Source of the DNA: Utricularia gibba
Lineage: Eukaryota; Plantae; Magnoliophyta
Length of the DNA stretch: 64,000 nucleotides
Direction: 5' to 3'
NCBI GenBank assembly: GCA_002189035.1
Contig: NEEC01000020.1
Span: forward strand, 1,178,001-1,242,000
The notes under the pieces were generated by a model that saw nothing but the letters and a program-made list of their open reading frames with translations, was not told where the DNA came from and searched no databases. Position numbers and translations under genes: made by a program. Every line of letters begins with the position of its first letter. Positions within the stretch are counted from its first letter, which is position 1. This document shows, piece after piece, positions 40,880 through 53,742 of the stretch.

Positions 40880-41460
40880 TTCTTATTATTATTATTGTAA
40901 TGTTCGTATTGGAGGAACAAATACAAACATTTATGTTCATTTAACTAAAGTTCATAATCGTTTAAGAATGTTCATGAATACATATATTTAATAATTAATA
41001 TTTTATTTCAAATTAGTTGAGAAAAATAAAATATTTTTATATAATTAAATTTAAATACAAAAATTTTATATTAATAAATTTCTGATAGAATATATAATAA
41101 ATAAAATAATAGAATTTTAATTTTCGAAATCAAAACATATCAATTGGTTCAATAATTATTATTTATAATATCACATATATTATAGGAATAATAATAACAT
41201 ACTTATAATATTGGTTAAGATAATATATTTTGTATTATTTTTTATATAAATTCAAAATAAAAAATATTGATTCAATATTAATATTATAATCAAACAAAAT
41301 CAAGTATAATCAAATAATGATCTTGTTTGTATTTGATTATGAAATTAATCAAACATAGATTTTGCCTTTGTTTGTTTGTTTATATTATTTAAACGAAAAT
41401 AAATGATTTTGATTCAAACAAATACAATTTGAATACGAGTTGTTCATTCATTATAACAAC
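40880..41460. mobile_element. AT-rich MITE-like remnant
   Basis: Very AT-rich core bounded by clusters of TGTTCGT/AAACAAAT/ATCAAAC subterminal-type motifs. No TSD established. Confidence 0.3.
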
Positions 41461-42158
41461 ATTAAAGATCCTTTTTAAAATTTTATCATGAATAATTTTC
41501 CCAAAATGCTCACTATGTCATGCAAATGTCTTTTTTCTTCCGTCAATAAATCGAACCTCCAAACTAAATTATCAATTTAGCCATGTGCAAAAAAGTTATG
41601 GGTCAAATTCTTCTGTTTGAGAATTATTGGTCAAATAATCAGATTTCATGTATTTATTTATCAAATAATCATATTTTTTTCTCCACTAAATATGGAGCCG
41701 TATTTCATCCAATATAAATAAATAAAAGTATATATAACACAATATATCCATAATAAACAAATATAAATTTAAATACATATCATTGAAAATCTCTTTAAAT
41801 AAAAATATGAAATTTCAATTATATAAAATTAAAAAAACGAAATTGAAACATGTGGTCAAATCCAAATTTTAACAGATTTTGTGATAAACAACAATCATAT
41901 TAAATAGAAAAAAAAAATATTTGTTTTTTCCGATGCTTAGGAGTTATCAACGGCCATTGATGACACATAATTTGTAGTAATTTTTAATTTAAAAAGTTGT
42001 ATTAAGAATTTCAACATTTTAATAGTGTTAATGTAATTATGTTTTTACTCAAATATTTGGATTAAATCAATGATTTAATCTAAATCATGATATAATCTTA
42101 TTTTTCTAATTTAGTAACAAGCCCAAGTATTTCACATTTCAAAAGCATATGTTGAACC

Positions 42159-45100
42159 TATTGGACAATGATGTTGAAATTGAGACAAATCAGAAGCAAC
42201 AGAGGCGTGAGGCATAACAATGCAAGCTGAAGGGAAAAGACGCCAGGGAGGAAAATTGCTTCAGAAAATCCTTCACTAGAAATCATTGGAAAAAAATACA
42301 GACATTGGGCTTATTATTATAGGCCCAATAAATAACATATCATATCATACACATAAGCAGAATCATGTTGGACCCAGCAATGATTGAAGCCTGATCCATC
42401 AAAGACCATCTCCTCCAAGGAAATGACTGTTGTATGTTGGAGAATTGAAATGAGAGTTCTCAGAGGATAAGGTATCTCAAATCACTCAATCCAACGGCTA
42501 TTTTTGTATTATATAAATACAACTTCATTGTAATAAATACATATATTGTCTTTGTAATGAATAACTCAATACAATACCCAATTCTCCAACAACAACCCCC
42601 TTCTCCCAACAGCAAAAACCACAAAATACGTCTCAATATCCACTACCACGTTTGAAGCCATCCATTCAACCATTGACCTTATTTGGACTTCCAACATGGT
42701 GAACCCGACATGAAAGAAGATCCACACGTTGCTCTTTTGACAAGTCCAAAATCAAAGAAAAAAGGGATATCGGAGGTAAGTGAAAACTTTGAAAACATTT
42801 TGTTGACTGTGGTCATTTACCTCACTTAGGAACTCAAATCCACAAAATGGAGGGACCCCCTGTCTTCAATGGGCAAGACTATGACATTTGGGCTACCTGA
42901 ATATGCACGATCTATGGACTGTCTTTGAGGATCCTAGCAGCCAAGACCCACTACAAAAATTAGACAAAGCTGCAGCGTTAGTAAAGAAAGCCAAGGTTAT
43001 GATAGGAAAAGCAGTAACCACCGAAGTATACAAGCAGATTCTACAATGCAAAGGACCAAAAGAGGCTTGGGAAAAGCTAGAGATCTACGACAAAGATAAG
43101 AACTCTCAAAAAATAGAGATATCTCATAATTGGAATCGCTTTGAAAACCTGACATTTACTCCAGGTATGACAATCAATCAATTCTATGAAGTTCTAAAAG
43201 GTGTAGTATTGCAACTTCAACTGGGCAAACAAGTCGATGATGACAGAATCAAAAGAAGGATTATAAATACCTTACCTAGAATCTAGGAAAACAAGGGCTA
43301 TGGCTAATAGACAGCGGATGTAGTCACCATTTGACAAATAACAAAGACTCCTTCTCAATGCTTAAAGAAATTATTGGAAAATTCATTGAGATCATAGATG
43401 GGAAATTAATACTTGTAAGAGGACAAGGAATGGTGCTCATATGATCAAACTTGGTGATGTAACTTTATACCAGAGGCTTCTCATAACCTATTAAGTACAG
43501 GATAACTCGTTGAAAAAGGATTTAAGGTGTATTTTGAAGAAAATCAATGTACTATAAGGGACTCTGACAGCAATGTTATACTTACTGCTCAGATGTATAA
43601 TAGAGTATTTCCATTGAATCTGACAGATCCACTCACATAGCAGACTCTGTGCCTCACTATATTTGAGACAAGATGCACTTGGCACAAGAGAATGGGACAT
43701 CATCACTATACAGCCCTCTCTCACCTATGCAAGAGAAACTTGGCACTCGGAATATGAGATATTAGTGGGAAAGAAAATACCTGCAGAATTTGTGTGGAAT
43801 GCAAGATGGATAGAAAATCGTTTCCCAAGCTTGTTGTTCCAGCTGAAAACAATCTTGAAGTAGTCACTATAGATGTGTGTGGACCCATGAGAACTCCTAC
43901 ATGAGTGGGGAAGAGATACTATGTCATATTCATAGATGAACATATCAAGTACACTTGGATCTATCTCCTTAAGTTGAAATCAGAAGTAGTACATTATTTT
44001 AAAATATTCAAAGCAGTATTAGAAGCTCAAAGTGGAAGAAGGGTACTCACACTGCATTCCAACAACAAAGGGGAGTACTGCTCATTTGAGCTGAAATAGT
44101 TATGTGACCTGAATGGTATTATGCACTAATTTACAGCACCTTACTCATCAGAATAGAACAGAATATGTGAAAGAAGGAATAGAAAAATAGTGAACATGGC
44201 AAGCTGTCTACTTCATGAAAAAAAACCTACTTACTCATTTTTGGGGAGAAGCTGTAAACACAGTGTTATATCTGCTCAATCGTCTTCCCTTAAAAGGAAC
44301 TCCAGAAAACAAGACTCCCTACGAATTGTGGCACAACAAAATTCCGGATTTGAGTTACATAAGAATATTTGGGTCGATTTGCTACATCCATATTCCAAAG
44401 GAAAAAGGAAGCAAATGGATAAGAAATCAGAACCAAAGCTTACAGAGTATTGAACCTGAAAAACAAATGAAGTACAAATTAACAAAAATATCATTGTAGA
44501 TGAATCTGAAGTTTATGATTGGGGTCACATCTCATTACCTAAGAAAAATAGCACGGCTCATTTCTCGTAGAACCCATTTCCTCTTGAAGATCAAAATCAA
44601 TTACCTGAAACCCACAATCTGAATGCATAGACCCAAGGAAATGTGCCACCTACACCAAAAACTGGAAGAACTATTACTATGTCAATTAAATTTGAAAGAA
44701 TTTTTGCAAGAGAGAGTATGGTGGAACCATCTACAAAATGCAACGTAACTCACTTACCAAGTGAATATTCACATCCATCTACCCCGGAAGAATCAACGGG
44801 AGAGGAATGGGCAATTCAAGACGTACTCAAGACCTTACAGTCAAAAAGAGCCTATAGCATAAGACTATACCTATGTGAATAAATGACTATGCTTGTGCTG
44901 TCTTTGAAGAGAAAAAAAAGGAGAAATTAAGTTTTAGAAAAACTATGACAGCAACGAGGAAGAATTATCCAACTTCTCAATATACAGTTATGCTTCAGAT
45001 GCTTCGCCAAAGAATAGATCGACCCTGTTCCCATTCTTTTTCGGTGCACTCGCTTTATATCTACGACACACAAGGAAGGACGCAATGGGAAAGAAGCAGC

Positions 45101-47161
45101 CCTAGCCTCTGTCCGGTCGATCATTCCACTGGCATCTCGCATTCACAACTCCGTTTGACTGCAGCTCGGGGACATGAACCCATTAGTGTTCAAGAAGCAC
45201 TAAGAGACCCTAAGTAGACGAAATCAATAGATAATGAATTCGACTCTATACACAAATATGGAGTATGGATTGCTGTATCAAAGCCGAAAGGTATAAAACC
45301 TCAGGATCTTAAATTCATATTTAGATTGAAGCTGAACCTAGATAGCAATTTAAACAAAAGAAAATCAAGTCTAGTGGTAAAAGGGTACCTCCAAAGGGCT
45401 GGTGTTGATTACTTCGACACCCTCGCTCCTGTGGCATAGTTGGACACCATAAAGTTAGTGGTTGCACCAAGTAGAAATTGCATCACCTTGATATCCAAAC
45501 AGCATTTTTACACGGAGAACTCACTGAAGATATCTATGTCAATCCTCCCCAGGATTTTTCATCAGGGACAATTCGGATCATATCCTAAAACTCAATAAAG
45601 CCTTGTATGAACTCAAAGAGGCTTCTAAGAAGTGATACTTAACCATTGATACATTCTTCTTGGAACAAGGTTATAAAAGGAGCAAAAATGGCACTACACT
45701 CTACATCCTAGATGATCAAAGGGGAAAAATTATAATTTCACTATATGTGAACGACATTATGATAATAGGTAGCAGTGAGGAATTAATTTCAGAACAAAAG
45801 GGCTTGCTACAAAAAAGATTCGAACTAACTGACCTTGGACTAGCTCAATATATTCTAGGAATGGAGATTCTGCAAGAAGAGGACTTCATATTTTTAATCA
45901 AAGAAAGTACACCAAGTATCTGCTGAAAAGGATGAATATGAGCAATGCAAAGCCCTCATCTACACCTTTTTCACCAGAAATTAAATAGAAATTAACAAAA
46001 CAAGAGGGCTTACCTACTGATGTGCAGGAAAATCATAAGATTATTGAGACCTTAATGTACCTCACTGCTACAAGACCTGACATAACATTTACAGTATCCT
46101 TTTTATCTAGGTTTATGCACTGCTCACACACGATACACATGGAAATAACAAAAATAGTACTCAGATATTTAAATTCCAATATTCCAAGGGTTTGTTGATT
46201 CCGATTTTGCAGGACACGAACAGGAATGCAAATCAACTACTGGTAACCTTTTAACCTTGCGATTAGCTGGTTTTGCTTAGAATAGCAGAAAACAGGATGT
46301 CACCATTGAATCCTCTGCAGAAGCAGAGTACGTAGTTGACGCTTCAGCTGAAGTTTCAGCTGCAAATTACGTGCAATGGCTCATCAAAATCTGCAAGGAT
46401 CTGAAAATTCCAATACGAAAACCACTAATTCTCAAAATAGACAACAAATCGACCATCAACATAGCATAAAATCCAGTAATATTTGGAAGAACAAAGCACA
46501 TCAAAATCAAGTATCATGTGCTTCGTGATTATGTGAAAGAAGGATCGATTGATTTAGAGTATGTACCATAAGAGGAACAAGTGGCAAACGTACTCAACAA
46601 AAGCCTATTTCCAAAATATTTCAACAAAATCAGGGAAATGTTGGGGCTCAGAAACAAACCTTTGGAAGAAAACACCCTACATCTCCATTCCAACATCAAG
46701 GGAGGATGTTGGACATTGATGTTGAAATTGAGACAAATTGGAAGCAACAGAGGCGTGAGGTAAAACAGCGCGAGCCAAAGGGAAAAGATGCGAGGGAGAA
46801 AAACTACTTCAGAAAACCCTTCACTAAAATTCATTGGAAAAATACAGATATTGGGCTTATTATTATAGACCCAATAAATAGCATATCAGATCATACATAT
46901 AAGAAAAATTACACTAGGCCTAGGAATGACTTAAGCCCGATCTAGCAAAGATCATCTCCTCCAAGGAAATGACCGTTGTCGATTGAAGGAGAACCAAAGT
47001 GAGAGTTCTGAGAGGATAAGATATCTCAAATCACTGAGTTCAAAAGCTACTTTTGTGTTCTATAAATACAGCTTCATTGTAGTAGAATACATATATTGTT
47101 TTTGTACTGAACAATACAATACAATACCCAATTCTCCAACAACAACCCTCTTCTCCCAACA
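42159..47161 (+). mobile_element. Second Ty1/Copia element with tRNA-Trp PBS, degenerate
   Basis: 5' LTR 42159-42696, PBS TGGTGAACCCGACATGAA at 42697-42714. Gag EGPPVFNGQDYD, integrase YYVIFIDEHIKYTWIYLLK and FWGEAVNTVLYLLNRLP, RT SLYVNDIMIIG, RNase H FGRTKHIKIKYH. PPT AAGGGAGGA, then a 3' LTR at 46707-47161 that lacks about 85 bp of the 5' LTR end. Confidence 0.92.
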
Positions 47162-48780
47162 TCAATTCTTGATAGGGGGACCAAGAGGTAGATGGTCACA
47201 CATTACACTCTTCATTGATTTCCATATGAGTTTAAAGTATTGGTTAGATAAGAACAACCTCTTTATAATGATTTAGGAGTCATTAGTTTAATAGTTAAAA
47301 AATTACAAATGAAAATTATTTTATTAGATATACATCAAATAAAATTAATGATAAAAAACGAAAAACTAATAGAAATGTTAACTAATACTTTTTCTATCTT
47401 TTTTTGTATACATATTTGAATTTCAAAATTTTTTTAACGTATTTTGTCCAATTCATTAAAAATAATATGTGAAAAATATTCGTATGATTTTCATAAAAAA
47501 ATTAGATAACATATATATAGATTATATCATTAATTTAATATTTACGATTGAAATATTATATTAATAAAACATTTGTATTAAAATATAATATTTTTTTAAT
47601 GTTTGTATTCAAACTGTTTGAAAAATGAAAACGTTTTTAACAAATATTTGTATGTAAAATGAGGTAAACTATGGAAACGTTTGTATGCATTTTGATTTTT
47701 TTTTTCTTAAAAACAATACCTTGTTGAGCACGAGTTCCACTCCACGAGTTATGCATAGAACCTATCAAGTCAAAAATCAATTTTGCGACTCGACAAATAT
47801 GGGTCGACAGGTTGTAATGGTATATCAGTCTCATAGTCACGGTTTGACTTGGGTCAATATAGTATATTTAAAATTCATTTATTATTTATAATATTATATT
47901 TATTTATTAAAAACTTATTCCCGTTAAAACACACACTTCTCACCTATATTTACACACAATGCCACCTTGAATAAGGATTGTGAATCAATTTTTGAGTTTC
48001 TAAAGCAATTGAAAAGGTCGAGAGGATGCCACATCAGACACATTGAGGCTGCCGTTCATAGTATCCGACAGGCTCTAATTATTGCGTCTGCTATTGCTAG
48101 CCGAAATATATATATATATATTATATATATCCGGAGCTCGTTAAAAATTAATTAATTTCAATAAACGCACAGCTTACACCTTTCTCTCGCGGTTGCCGAG
48201 TGCCTCCAAAAGGGGTGAGGAGGAGGACGGACAAATGAAAAAATCTTCCATAATTTGCCCTTCGATTTGGTGGATCCACAGATCTACGCCTCCTCGTTCG
48301 CCTGCAGGTCTCCCTTCCTTGTCCACCATTTTCACATTCCAAGGTAGCTTCATTGTTGAGTTTGGAGTCACCCCTCGTTCTTGTTGTGCTTGGATTACTG
48401 ATTTATAATTCCCTAATGAATGATGTTGTCTGATGTTTGTGATTTTGTGGTTTTCGTTTTGAAGGAGCAGTTTTTCTGTATCTTGATGGTTTCTGAATGA
48501 TTTCATTGTTTGATTGGCCACACAATTGCCCTCTCTGTGTTCTCATCTGTATCTGTAGGCCCTCTAGTTTTGATCATTTGCATTAACTGCCCATTTTTTG
48601 CTACTTCTCGTGAATTGACCTGCGTTAACCGAATGAATGTATATCTGGCTACGTATGCAGCTCCCGTTGAATTCTGGTATGAAACGCAGTTCAGTTTTCC
48701 AGAGGGTTTTTGTAGAAGTACGACCAGACTGAATTCTGGTGTGGTGCGCTAGAACTTGTTTAGTTTGGAGGAGATGAGGG

Positions 48781-50567
48781 ATGTTATCAGGATTGATGAA
48801 CTTCTTGTGGTCTTGCTTTCGGCCGAAGGAAGATCGGTCTCTGCACTCAGTCTCAGATCCGGGTGGTCGCCAAGATGGTCTCCTTTGGTATAAGGATGTG
48901 GGCCAACACATTTATGGAAATTTTTCAATGGCAGTTGTTCAGGCAAACAATTTACTGGAGGATCAAAGCCAGCTCGAATCAGGTTGTTTGAGCGTTAATG
49001 AGTCAGGACCGTACGGAACTTTCGTTGGTGTTTATGACGGACATGGTGGACCAGAGACTTCCAGGTTCATCAATGATAATCTCTTTCACCATCTAAAAAG
49101 TAAGTTTTTTACACGAGTTTGTTTCTATGTATATTTGAACGTTTCTGACGTTCTTCTTAAGTTTACATGTTTGATCTTGGTTATTAATTACCCGTTCTTA
49201 GAGTATACTTTCGATGAATTATTGAAAATGAATAAGCAAAATCAGCCTGGAGGATGATGCGTTGACCCAGTTTATGTTTATCCTTCTGTTGTTACCAAAG
49301 TGATTTCCTTGTTTCTGTCATTACAAAGGTTTCATGGCTGAGAATCAATCTATATCTGTTGAGGGCATTCGCACAGCATTCCAAGCCACAGAAGATGGAT
49401 TTCTCTCTCTGGTTAGCAGAGAATGGCCGATGAAACCACAGATTGCAGCAGTTGGCTCGTGTTGCCTAGTGGGTGTCTTTTCTGATGAGACACTCTATGT
49501 TGCCAACCTTGGTGATTCCCGTGCTGTTTTGGGAAGGCTTGTCAACGCTACTGGGGAGGTGCTTCCTATTCAACTCTCAATAGAACACAATGCGAGTATC
49601 GAAGATGTTAGAGAGGAGTTGCAGACCCTACACCCGGATGACCCCAAGATTGTTGTTCTGAAGCATAACGTGTGGCGTGTGAAGGGTCTAATACAGGTTC
49701 ACTTATTCTTTACCCTAAATTGCTGTACTTATCAGGTGGTTAAAAAGATTCAGCTTAATGTGATTTTTAAGTTTTACTGAGAATCTGTGAGGCAATGGTG
49801 CTTGAGATTAGTCATTACCCAATGCTGGCATAAAATACATAATGATTTGTCTTCTATGTCAATGAAAGCCTGTATCATCTAATTTTTTCTCTGGTGTTTA
49901 GTTTGGCTGCTGCATAGCATCACTGATGATGATGACTTGTTTTCTTTCATGTAAGAGATTCATTCATCAGTAGCATAAACACCTAGTTTTTATTGCAGGT
50001 CTCGAGATCAATCGGGGATGTGTATCTTAAAAAGGCTGAGTACAACAGGGAGCCATTACTTCAAAAATTTCGACTTCATGAGCCCTTCGAGAGACCAATT
50101 TTGAGTTCTGATCCATCCATCGTAGTGCATCAGTTGCTTCCTCAGGATCAGTTCGTTATATTTGCATCAGATGGCCTGTGGGAACATCTTTCCAACCAAG
50201 AGGCAGTCACTCTAGTTCAAAACTATCCAGCCCATGTAAGATACATCTCCCATTCCTATTCATCTGCGCTGGTATAACTTGGAATACACTATACGGATGG
50301 AACTGAGCCAGAACGTTTGATGTTTATAATGTTCAGGGGAGCGCAAGGAAGCTTGTGAAAGCTGCATTGCAGGAGGCCGCAAGGAAGAGGGAGATGAGAT
50401 ACTCAGACTTGAAGAAGATCGACAGAGGGGTGCGCCGCCACTTCCATGATGACATCACGGTTGTTGTAGTGTTTTTAGATCCACATCTAGTGAGTCGGGC
50501 CACCACAGTGCGATGCCCCGATGTATCCATCAAGGGTGGCTGCATCACTTTGCCATCCATCCGTTGA
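48781..50567 (+). CDS. Protein phosphatase 2C, clade D, 4 coding exons, 384 aa
   Basis: Exons 48781-49099, 49329-49696, 49999-50235 and 50337-50567. Motifs [70 protein letters not shown] are diagnostic of PP2C-D. Confidence 0.96.
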
Positions 50568-50624
50568 AACTGCCGCCCCGCCCCACCTGAATTGTAGAGT
50601 TACATATCAGCGTGTTGTACATTA

Positions 50625-50900
50625 TCATGGATTGTTTGATAAAAGAGTATAGAAAATTTATAATTAAGTTTATTAATATATTTTTATTTAATTTATGAAT
50701 ATATATATATCAATTTTATATAATTATACTATTGACTTATTCATTTTTTGAATATATGAATAACGAATTAATTATATATATTATTCATATATTTAAATTT
50801 TTATTCTCATATATAAAAGATTATATACAATTAATTATATATATATATATTCAATTATATTATATTTAAATATATTAAATATCTTACTATCAAACGACAA
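50625..50900. mobile_element. Tourist-like MITE remnant downstream of PP2C
   Basis: TA-rich core between imperfect inverted ends (TTGTTTGATA ... TATCAAACGAC). Confidence 0.35.
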
Positions 50901-51799
50901 TTATTATGTTTATACCAATCACGAGACTACTTATGAAAAGAGAGAAAGAATGCTGTTGGGTACTCGTGCGAATCCCCGCGACGCCTTCTTCCGTTTTTGG
51001 TAGTTTTCTATTACGATTCCATTCCATGCAGTTAATATCCGTGAATCGATTAGAGCAGAAACTGTCCTGATAATGCATTGGTTTCAGTGGAATTTCATGC
51101 CTTCGAATCGGGCACATGCACCCATTAGTAGAGTTTTGAATGTTAGTATGTCGCACTTGGGTTTTTTATATTGAAAAGAAATGTGGGAGATAGGCATGGG
51201 ATGCGGCTATTAAAATTAAACAAACAAACAAACAGTGTACCACAAACATCGTACCTGCGCACCTGGTACATCACCGGGCACACGGCAAAAAAGTCATTAT
51301 CAATTTATTTGAATAAAACAATAAAAAGGAAGAATTATGACAAACATTAAAGTTGAAGTAAAAAAAGTATAAGAACAAACTCATATATAATGTTAAAAAA
51401 CGTAAAATTATCTTACATCATTTGATATATTCATTTCATTTCGTATATCAAATAATAAATATTTAAAATCTTAAATCTCTAGTTTTTATTTTTAAATCTT
51501 TGTTTTTTTCTAATAATTAAATCCAAAATATTATCTTCTTGTGTGTATTTTAAATAAAACAGAAGAATAAATTAATTATCTTCTGGAGATGATATTTATT
51601 TTACTAAGTTTAAAATATTATTTTAAAAATTAACAATGATTGAACCCAATTCAATCAATATCACTCATGGATGAATAAAACATTCTCAGTTATTCAAACC
51701 CAATTTGACAGCATTTCTAGGCGGCGTCGCCCATTGAAATCTGAAAACCGAACTCAACGATTTGAGATAAATGCGAAGAAGACGAGCGGCCGAAATTGT

Positions 51800-53581
51800 A
51801 TGGCGTCGACCAAATGGATTGCGGCGGCGGCGAGCATCTGGATTCAGTCCATTTGCGGTGCGTCTTACGCCTTCGGCATATACTCGCCGATCCTCAAATC
51901 CACCCAATTTTACACCCAATCCACGCTCGACACAGTCTCCGTCTTCAAGGACATTGGGGCTAACGCCGGGATCCTCTCCGGCCTCCTATACTCCGCAGTG
52001 TGCCGGGCCGGACCAACGTCTTCGATACGCGGGCCATGGCTCGTCCATGCTTCCGGTGCGATACAAGCTTTTGCCGGTTACTTCTTCCTGTGGCTCACCG
52101 TCACCGGTGTCATTTACCGGCCGCGCGTGGAGATCGTTTGCGTTTTTATGTTCCTCGCTGCCCACGCGCAGACCTTCTTCAACACGGCTAATGTTGTGAC
52201 GGCTGTTCTGAATTTTCCGGATCACAGTGGCACAATTGTCGGGATAATGAAAGTAAGGTTGGATTCCATCAATGAAATTCTTCAAATTCGACGTCCTCCC
52301 GTTTATGTTTATCCAGACATTGGCATTTTTTGCGTGCCAAACAATTTTCATATATTTTCATGACTATCTGGCTTCTGTGTAAGCTACCATGGTTATGTGC
52401 AACTTACAGAGTAGAGTTTCTGTGGGCAGGGCTTTCTTGGACTGAGTGGAGCAATACTCATTCAAGTTTATCAGACGCTATTTCTTGGTGAACCAAGTGC
52501 TTTCTTGCTTATGATGGCCTTGCTTCCATCTCTGTTTTCCCTTGCCTTGATGTGTTTTGTGAAAGTCCATGATTTTCAGTCTAATGATTCCGGCAAGAGA
52601 TACCTAGACGGTTTTTCCCTGATCTCCATGATCGTTGCCTCATATCTTATGCTCCTCATAATAGTGGAGAATGTGTTTGTTTTATCTCCTTGGTTCCGTG
52701 ATCTTTCATTATTCCTTCTGTTTCTTCTTCTTGTTTCACCTATCGGCGTTGCCATCAGAGCCTCTAGACATGATCTTCTTCAACGGTCACGTACGTCTCC
52801 CAGTTTAAAAGCCTCCCTTTTGGAATATTGCGAGTCCGAAACCTCATCCTTCAGCTCTGTATCTAGTGAAAATGAGCAGCACCATGGGGTCAAAATCTCT
52901 GAGCCTGTGCAGAATGTGAACATTTTGGAAGCAATCTGCTCACTCAACTTCTGGCTTTTATTCATAGCAATGCTTTGTGGGATGGGATCAGGACTAGCAT
53001 TGATCAACAACATAAGCCAAATGGGAGAATCCCTTAGCTACACTCCAACTGAGAGAAACACACTTGTTGCTTTATGGAGCATATGGAACTTTCTTGGCAG
53101 GTTTGGGGCAGGATACGTTTCAGATGTCTTCATGTACCAGAAAGGGTTCCCAAGGACAATTTTCATGGTTCTCACGTTGGCAATAATGGCCGGTGGCCAT
53201 TTCATCATAAGCTCTGGTTTCCCAGGAAACTTGTACATCGGTTCAGTTGTAGTTGGTGTGTGTTATGGTTCACAATGGTCATTAATGCCAACCATTGCTT
53301 CTGAGATATTCGGTGCGATGCACTTTGGCACTATCTTCAACACCATCGCTGTAGCCAGCCCTGTTGGATCCTACATATTTTCAGTACACGTAATTGGATT
53401 CTTATATGATAAGGAAGCATTAGAGACTGGTGGGGATTCTTGTAGAGGTTCTCATTGTTTCATGCTTTCATTTTGTATATTGGCTGGTGTTGCTCTTTTA
53501 GGTGTGCTGGCTGCACTGGCTTTGTTCATCCGAAGTAGAGCAGTTTATGCTCGAATCTTGTATAGAAGAACCCCTACTTGA
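51800..53581 (+). CDS. Nodulin-like / NUCLEAR FUSION DEFECTIVE 4-like major facilitator superfamily protein, 534 aa
   Basis: Exon 1 is 51800-52252 (MASTKWIAAAASIWIQSICGASYAFGIYSPILKS...FPDHSGTIVGIMK). Exon 2 is 52430-53581 (GFLGLSGAILIQ...GSGLALINNISQMGESL...LWSIWNFLGRFGAG...GSHCFMLSF). Multiple transmembrane segments. Confidence 0.95.
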
Positions 53582-53742
53582 GAACCAGGTGTTCTTCATG
53601 TGGCTTGGATTTCTGTTGTACAATAAAAGGATGAGGTTATATCATCATTTTTACATTCCTAGTGGGTTGATATGATCATATATGATTGAGTGCCACCCAT
53701 TTGAGTATGATGGGGGAAAAATATAGTAGAGATGCTGCCATA

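Noticed and set aside
48174-48521. 115-aa minus-strand ORF upstream of PP2C
   Set aside because: Antisense to the PP2C leader exon and intron, low complexity, no family motif.
51671-51799. In-frame N-terminal extension of the NFD4-like protein
   Set aside because: It lies in AT-rich promoter-like sequence. The family-typical start is MASTKW at 51800.
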